From contig CADBBQ010000002.1 in the NCBI GenBank assembly GCA_902793005.1, positions 131,243 to 195,242 of the forward strand: 64,000 nucleotides of DNA, given 5' to 3'. A program made the translations under genes and the position numbers. The stretch is from an uncultured Pseudomonadota bacterium (GTDB taxonomy: Bacteria > Pseudomonadota > Alphaproteobacteria > Rs-D84). Positions 59,386 to 64,000 of this stretch are shown here, piece by piece (positions within the stretch are counted from its first letter, which is position 1; every line of letters begins with the position of its first letter). The notes beneath the pieces were generated by a model that saw nothing but the letters and a program-made list of their open reading frames with translations, had not been told where the DNA came from and searched no databases.

Positions 59386-60225
59386 ATGAAAAAATTTTTA
59401 AGTTTTTTTGTTGGTGTGATGGTGGTGTGTTCTGCGATGGCGGCAAATGACCGGGCGACTGCGCGGACGGGGGTTGCATCGCGTGCATCGGTTGGTATCG
59501 CACATTTGAACGATTATAAATCCAGTCTGAAATTTATGGGCGAACCTGTGACCAGTACCGGTGTTGTGTCGGCGGAAACTGTTGATGATACGCCCACACC
59601 AACCCCAGACAATCGCGATGCGGAACGTAATGCCTGTATGTCGAATAATGGTTGGGGTATGGGTAATACTTTTGTTTGGGCGTCCCGATACAGCAATACA
59701 TCAAATTATGCATCAATGGTCGAAGATGTCGAAAACCCGGAAAATAATGTGTGTTGGGTCTTGGTTGGATTGCGTTCGAATGACGGGCGCGTGAATATGT
59801 CCGATATGCCAACAAAATATTTTGAAATGGGAACAAATATTACCTGTGGCAGTTGGGTTGATGAATCCTTGGTCGAAAAACGCATATTGGATGCGAAAAA
59901 GACTGCGCGCACATTGGCAACCGTTGGTGGTGCTGTTGGTGGTGCGGGTATTGGTGTGGGCGCCATGGAATTGTTCGGAAACAAGGCGTTATCAAATATA
60001 AACGGATTGGAAGGATTAGAGGGACAAAAGAACTTAACGGACGATGAAGTGTTTGTCGCACAATTGAAAAAATTAAAAGAATCTAAACAATCGGAGGATA
60101 ATGCGCGTTATAACAGTGTTGTCGCAATGTTGAAACAATTAAAGAAAGTCTGTCAAGGCAGTGCGTCGCCCGATTGCAGCAGGGTAAGTTATGATAGTAT
60201 TTTAAAAGGTTTAGGCGAACAATAA
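59386..60225 (+). CDS. secreted Cys-containing protein with Gly-zipper segment
   Basis: Signal peptide MKKFLSFFVGVMVVCSAMA and KKTARTLATVGGAVGGAGIGVGAMELFG. Confidence 0.6.
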   Translation: MKKFLSFFVGVMVVCSAMAANDRATARTGVASRASVGIAHLNDYKSSLKFMGEPVTSTGVVSAETVDDTPTPTPDNRDAERNACMSNNGWGMGNTFVWASRYSNTSNYASMVEDVENPENNVCWVLVGLRSNDGRVNMSDMPTKYFEMGTNITCGSWVDESLVEKRILDAKKTARTLATVGGAVGGAGIGVGAMELFGNKALSNINGLEGLEGQKNLTDDEVFVAQLKKLKESKQSEDNARYNSVVAMLKQLKKVCQGSASPDCSRVSYDSILKGLGEQ

Positions 60226-60255
60226 AAACGCCGCCAATTTGGCGGTGTTTTTTTT
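60224..60255. terminator. bidirectional rho-independent terminator
   Basis: AAAAACGCCGCCAATTTGGCGGTGTTTTTTTT lies between convergent genes. Confidence 0.8.
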
Positions 60256-60982
60256 ACATTGTGAAATCTTCACCCAAATATACTTTTTTAACCTGGGGGT
60301 CGGCGGTTATTTCGCGCGCGGTTCCGTGCTTTAATATTTTCCCGTCGTGCAGTACATAACTGCGGTCGGTGATGCCCAATGTTTCGCGCACATTGTGGTC
60401 GGTGATAATCACGCCCAATCCGCGGTCCTTTAATTGTGATACCAATGAACGAATTTCATTTACGGCGATTGGGTCAATGCCGGCAAATGGTTCGTCCAAT
60501 AAAATAAATTTCGGGTCGTTCGCCAATGCGCGCGCAATTTCAACGCGTCGGCGTTCGCCACCCGACAAGGCGGTTGCCGGACTGTGTCGCAGGTGTTCGA
60601 TTGAAAATTCGTTTAATAATGATTCCAATTTTTCGCGACGTTTTAATTTGTCGGGTTCGACAACCTCTAGGATTGCCATAATGTTTTGTTCAACGGTCAG
60701 TCCCCGAAAGACACTGTTTTCCTGGGGCAGGTATCCGATGTGCAGGCGCGCCCTTTGATAAAATGGCAGGTGGGTTATATCCTGGGAATTTAGGAATATT
60801 TGACCCGATGTCGCGTTTAATTGGCCCGTGATGCAATAAAACGCCGTAGTTTTTCCCGCACCATTTGGCCCCAACAGCCCGACCGATTCGCCCTGGTGTA
60901 CAATCATTGATATGTCGCGAATGACCGTGCGCGCACCATAATTTTTTGATAAATGTTCAACACGTAATACAGATTGTTTCAT
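60254..60982 (-). CDS. lptB: LPS export ABC transporter ATP-binding protein LptB
   Basis: GLLGPNGAGKTT, LSGGERRRVEIARAL and ILLDEPFAGIDP. Confidence 0.95.
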   Translation of the reverse strand: MKQSVLRVEHLSKNYGARTVIRDISMIVHQGESVGLLGPNGAGKTTAFYCITGQLNATSGQIFLNSQDITHLPFYQRARLHIGYLPQENSVFRGLTVEQNIMAILEVVEPDKLKRREKLESLLNEFSIEHLRHSPATALSGGERRRVEIARALANDPKFILLDEPFAGIDPIAVNEIRSLVSQLKDRGLGVIITDHNVRETLGITDRSYVLHDGKILKHGTAREITADPQVKKVYLGEDFTM

Positions 60983-61458
60983 AATTTTATCACCATTTCA
61001 GATGTTATTATTTTGTCGCCATTACTGGAATCAATATGGACATCGCCATATAATTTCAGGTTGTTTTGCGCCTGGTTATATTCGGCGTGATTGGCGCGAA
61101 TTTTGTCGGTTATGCGTTCGCCGTTTGTAAAACGAACCGTTGTGCCACTGACCGTGTCCATATATATTATATCCGGTTTTTCGTATTCTTGGCGGCCGGT
61201 TTTTGCGTGTAGTGTAAATGGTTCGCCATTTTTATCTGTGCCGGCAAAGTTGGCGTTTGTCATTTTGAACTGATTACTGGTTATATCAATCATATTTATG
61301 GCGGAAATTGGTGTCCATAATAATTGTTTTGTAAATACCGCGCCGGCAACCAGTGCCGCAACCATCACCAATCCCCAACCGGTGAACATAAATTGCCAAA
61401 TGCGGGTCAGACGCCGATGTTTTGAAAATATAATAAAATTTCTTTTATTTGATGTCAT
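60979..61458 (-). CDS. LptC-like LPS export protein (N-terminal anchor + OstA-like beta-jellyroll)
   Basis: The start is taken at MTSNKRN (ATG 61458). TM segment WGLVMVAALVAGAVF, then FKMTNANFAGTDKNGEPFTLHAKTG...YGDVHIDSSNG. The ATGA overlaps lptB. The 120 upstream ORF codons look non-coding. Confidence 0.55.
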   Translation of the reverse strand: MTSNKRNFIIFSKHRRLTRIWQFMFTGWGLVMVAALVAGAVFTKQLLWTPISAINMIDITSNQFKMTNANFAGTDKNGEPFTLHAKTGRQEYEKPDIIYMDTVSGTTVRFTNGERITDKIRANHAEYNQAQNNLKLYGDVHIDSSNGDKIITSEMVIKL

Positions 61459-61521
61459 ACGAGTATATTTGCATAACATAAACCAAAATGCAATTTTTAT
61501 ATTTGAGTGGGACTTTTTTTG

Positions 61522-61530
61522 TGGTATAAT
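61522..61530 (+). promoter_or_regulatory. extended -10 promoter TGgTATAAT
   Basis: It lies 14 nt upstream of ATG 61544. Confidence 0.45.
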
Positions 61531-61543
61531 GTGTCCAGTGGAG

Positions 61544-62347
61544 ATGAGAAAGTTTTTTGCGTTTTTTATTGCGATGATTGTGAGTGTCGTTGGTGACGCC
61601 GGTGCAGCCAATGTCACGGTTAAAAAGGCGTCGTCTGTGAAAAAGCAAGATACAGGCGGTATTGAAAGTATTACAAATGGTTCTTTGTTGCCGGGGGTTA
61701 TTGGTTTGGTGTCTAATGTTTCGGCGTTGAAAAAACAAACCGAAGAGTTAAAGGCCGAATGTGTCCCCAGTGGTTCTGAACAATCCTGGTTGAATAATAT
61801 GGTCAAAGAGTATGCCAAAACCGGTGCAAAAACGGCCGAAGAAATGCGCGGGAAAAAGCCTGCGTGCGGCGGTGGCGAAGTAACGGCGATTGCGGTTGCC
61901 CAAGCCGGTGGTATGGACGAGGATGGTGTTTGTTCGCCTGTGTTTAATGAACCTGGTGCGATTTGGGATGGTTATCCCCAGGTCCAGGTTGTAAAATATT
62001 GTCCGGATTTATCTGACCCATATTGTGCGGATTCTAAAAAGAAAACAGAATCAAATTTCTATAAAATATTTGGTATGTTGGATTGGGGTCAGGAAGATTT
62101 TTTGGTTGGTGAAGCGGCGACATTTATCAAATTGGTTGAAAAAACCGAAAAGTGTGCGCCCGAAAAAATATCTGCACGTACTCGCGATGCATACACCCAA
62201 TTTATTCAACAAACAATTTCTGGTGCCGGTCAGTCCCAAAATACTGGCGGTATTTATGATGCCATTGGCAGTTTCACCCAAGGTGGTGGTGGGCTGGGCG
62301 GAATTGGGAGTTTAGCGCCGGCCGCTATCCAATTTTTAGATAAATAA
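61544..62347 (+). CDS. secreted Cys-containing protein with Gly-rich C-terminus
   Basis: The start is taken at MRKFFAFFIAMIVSVVGDAGA. There are eight Cys, and the C-terminus is GGGGLGGIGSLAPAAIQFLDK. Confidence 0.6.
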   Translation: MRKFFAFFIAMIVSVVGDAGAANVTVKKASSVKKQDTGGIESITNGSLLPGVIGLVSNVSALKKQTEELKAECVPSGSEQSWLNNMVKEYAKTGAKTAEEMRGKKPACGGGEVTAIAVAQAGGMDEDGVCSPVFNEPGAIWDGYPQVQVVKYCPDLSDPYCADSKKKTESNFYKIFGMLDWGQEDFLVGEAATFIKLVEKTEKCAPEKISARTRDAYTQFIQQTISGAGQSQNTGGIYDAIGSFTQGGGGLGGIGSLAPAAIQFLDK

Positions 62348-62570
62348 AAAATAATGGACATCTGCTTGTTATTGACTCGTTTATGTAGGTCAATCTAATT
62401 TTTAGATAAATAATTGGCGCCTGCTTGGTAAAAACTCGCTCATGTAGCGTCTGTACACTACGCTCGTTTTTATCTGCGCATTCACACCATTATTTATCTA
62501 AAAATTTTGCTTGAACGTGGTGGGTGTTTTTGCACTCGTCAATAACGGCTCATCTGTGCCATTATTTTTT
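62348..62570. repeat. REP-like element E5, split at its centre by a second element
   Basis: The left half is AAAATAATGGACATCTGCTTGTTATTGACTCGTTTATGTAGGTCAATC. The right half is TTTGCACTCGTCAATAACGGCTCATCTGTGCCATTATTTTTT. The arms GTTATTGAC and GTCAATAAC and the ends AATAATGG and CCATTATT are complementary. Confidence 0.7.
62397..62506. repeat. REP-like element E6 with flanks copying the upstream gene's 3' end
   Basis: Core GGCGCCTGCTTGG...CTCGCTCATGTAGCGTCTGTACACTACGCTCG...GCGCATTCACACC (62416-62488). It is flanked by AATTTTTAGATAAATAA (62397-62413, identical to gene end 62331-62347) and by its reverse complement (62490-62506). Confidence 0.8.
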
Positions 62571-62664
62571 ATTTATAATTTTGTTGTTTTGGTTGTCTTT
62601 TTCCTCTTTACTGGGGGATGAAAAAATAGTATAATATAAGGTGTTATTATAAAAGGAAGGTCTT

Positions 62665-64000
62665 ATGGCAAACAGATTTTTTTCAAGTGCGTTGGTTGTG
62701 TGCTCGGTAATTGCGCTGGCGGGATGCGCCGGGTCGGGACACGACGAATATGTTTCAACACCGACGGTCGATTATGTCGAAGGGTTGGATGTTTATTCCG
62801 CACCACACCAGGATTCGTTCTTGAATCAGTTGGCGATGAATTATCGTTCGTATGCAATTTATAATGCACGCACATCTGGGTATCCGGAAATGGGCGAATT
62901 GTTTGCACAAAAGGCCGTGACTGCGTTTTCTGGGGAAACACCATTTCCAGAGACGGTTGGTAATTGGAATTTGAATTCCGATGATGCGGAAATGTTGGCA
63001 AATGCATATGACGATATGATTGCCGAGTTTAAAAATGATGCAACCGAAACACGTCCTGATGTTGCGGCCGAGGCCCAGGCGAAATTTGATTGCTGGTTAT
63101 CGGCAACATCCACGGGGCAAATGCAGACCGCTGGACAATGCCACGATCGTTTTATTGCGGCGATGGATGTGTTGCGCAACTGCAAAAACGGTGGATGTCG
63201 TGTCGCGCAAAAATCTGGGGCGGCACCAGCATCGATTGAGATAGAGAAAAAATCTTTCTATCCGGAAACACGTTCGTTGAAATCGGCGGGTATGACATAT
63301 CCACGTGATGGTATTGTGATTGTTAATAATGTCAATGTGCCGGGTAATTTGGTGCAAACTGTGCCGGTGGGACAAACACCAATGGTATTTAATCAAAATA
63401 TCTATGGTGGCGATAAACAGGTTTCCAACAGTGGTAATACTGTGGCGGTAAATCATTCGTCGGGTTCGCGTTGCGATTGCAATACGGGACGCCCGGTGGT
63501 TATTGAAATGCCGGAAAACAAATCTGCGCCGGTGGAAACGTGTCCGTGCGAACAAAATGAATTGCCGACATTGGGTGAAGAATTGGTGACTCGTGACGAA
63601 TTTATCAATATGATGATGGCAATGCGGGCAGAGATTAAGGCGATTAATGATCGTCTGGATGCGTTGCGCCCAACCGATGAAAAAGCGGTGATTAAGGTTC
63701 AACAAATCCCACTGGAACCAACTCAACACGTTATGGAAGAAATATTCGAAGTGCACTTTGACTTTAACAAGGCTGTTATTAAACCGGAATATGATTCTTT
63801 GATTCGTGAGTTAGCGACGGCAACACAGTCAAATAAAAATATTAAAGTGTCGGTTGTTGGTCATACGGATACATCTGGCAGCAACAGTTATAACTATGCG
63901 TTGGGTGGTCGTCGTGCCGAGGCCGTACAGAAAATGCTGATTGGGTATGGTATCCCGGCCAGCCAGATTGTCGCGGTGTCTGCGGGTGAAGAAGATTTAA
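62665..64000 (+). CDS. OmpA-family lipoprotein (3' end outside window)
   Basis: ATG 62665 follows AAAGGAAGG, and the frame is open to the window end (hand translated; absent from the ORF track because there is no stop). Lipobox LAGC. The C-terminal part FEVHFDFNKAVIKPEYDSLIRELA...VVGHTDTSGSNSYNYALGGRRAEAV is the OmpA_C peptidoglycan-binding motif. Confidence 0.8.
   Translation, partial: MANRFFSSALVVCSVIALAGCAGSGHDEYVSTPTVDYVEGLDVYSAPHQDSFLNQLAMNYRSYAIYNARTSGYPEMGELFAQKAVTAFSGETPFPETVGNWNLNSDDAEMLANAYDDMIAEFKNDATETRPDVAAEAQAKFDCWLSATSTGQMQTAGQCHDRFIAAMDVLRNCKNGGCRVAQKSGAAPASIEIEKKSFYPETRSLKSAGMTYPRDGIVIVNNVNVPGNLVQTVPVGQTPMVFNQNIYGGDKQVSNSGNTVAVNHSSGSRCDCNTGRPVVIEMPENKSAPVETCPCEQNELPTLGEELVTRDEFINMMMAMRAEIKAINDRLDALRPTDEKAVIKVQQIPLEPTQHVMEEIFEVHFDFNKAVIKPEYDSLIRELATATQSNKNIKVSVVGHTDTSGSNSYNYALGGRRAEAVQKMLIGYGIPASQIVAVSAGEEDL

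Overview
This is a 64-kb chromosomal window at roughly 40% GC from a Gram-negative bacterium. It is probably an alphaproteobacterium, judged only from gene content: a MucR/Ros regulator, an RHH_4-like protein, and the lptG-xerD-J-domain and yajC-secDF layouts. About 69 protein genes and one tRNA are supported. Most are housekeeping: secB (partial), recA, typA, serS, trxB, xerD, lptG/F, greA, mutL, yajC-secD-secF, ftsK, rarA, mucR, a ybeY-lnt single ORF, trmB, gltX, thrS, tatA, dksA, trxA, sufS-DUF59-sufE, ftsL-like/ftsI, recJ, nrnA-like, lolA, tatBC, an nlpD-like gene, tRNA-Lys(CUU), lptC-lptB and an OmpA-type lipoprotein that runs off the 3' end. Non-housekeeping content is as follows. (1) A six-gene glycosyltransferase block at 2984-8987. 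(2) A dispersed family of REP-like palindromic elements whose outer stems are inverted or direct copies of the neighbouring gene's last codons and stop codon, at 1637-1759, 28271-28577 and 62331-62570, with a fragment near 46633. (3) Pseudo-copies of the serS 3' end at 11001-11113. (4) A roughly 0.4-kb GIY-YIG mini-element at the 3' end of tRNA-Lys, bounded by a 23-bp direct repeat whose junction motif recurs at the serS copies. (5) A 20-codon mini-ORF with seven consecutive Thr codons upstream of thrS. (6) A translationally coupled four-gene operon at 36177-38251: membrane protein, degenerate HNH-like protein, SUKH-like protein and RHH protein. (7) A family of secreted Cys-containing proteins that share Gly-zipper segments or a conserved C-terminal anchor; one of them overlaps a GH108-like muramidase gene. 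Many genes sit behind extended -10 promoters (TGnTATAAT), several so close to the ATG that leaderless mRNAs are likely. No CRISPR array, rRNA, integrase, transposase or recognisable prophage is present. All family assignments come from motif recognition by eye; no searches were run.
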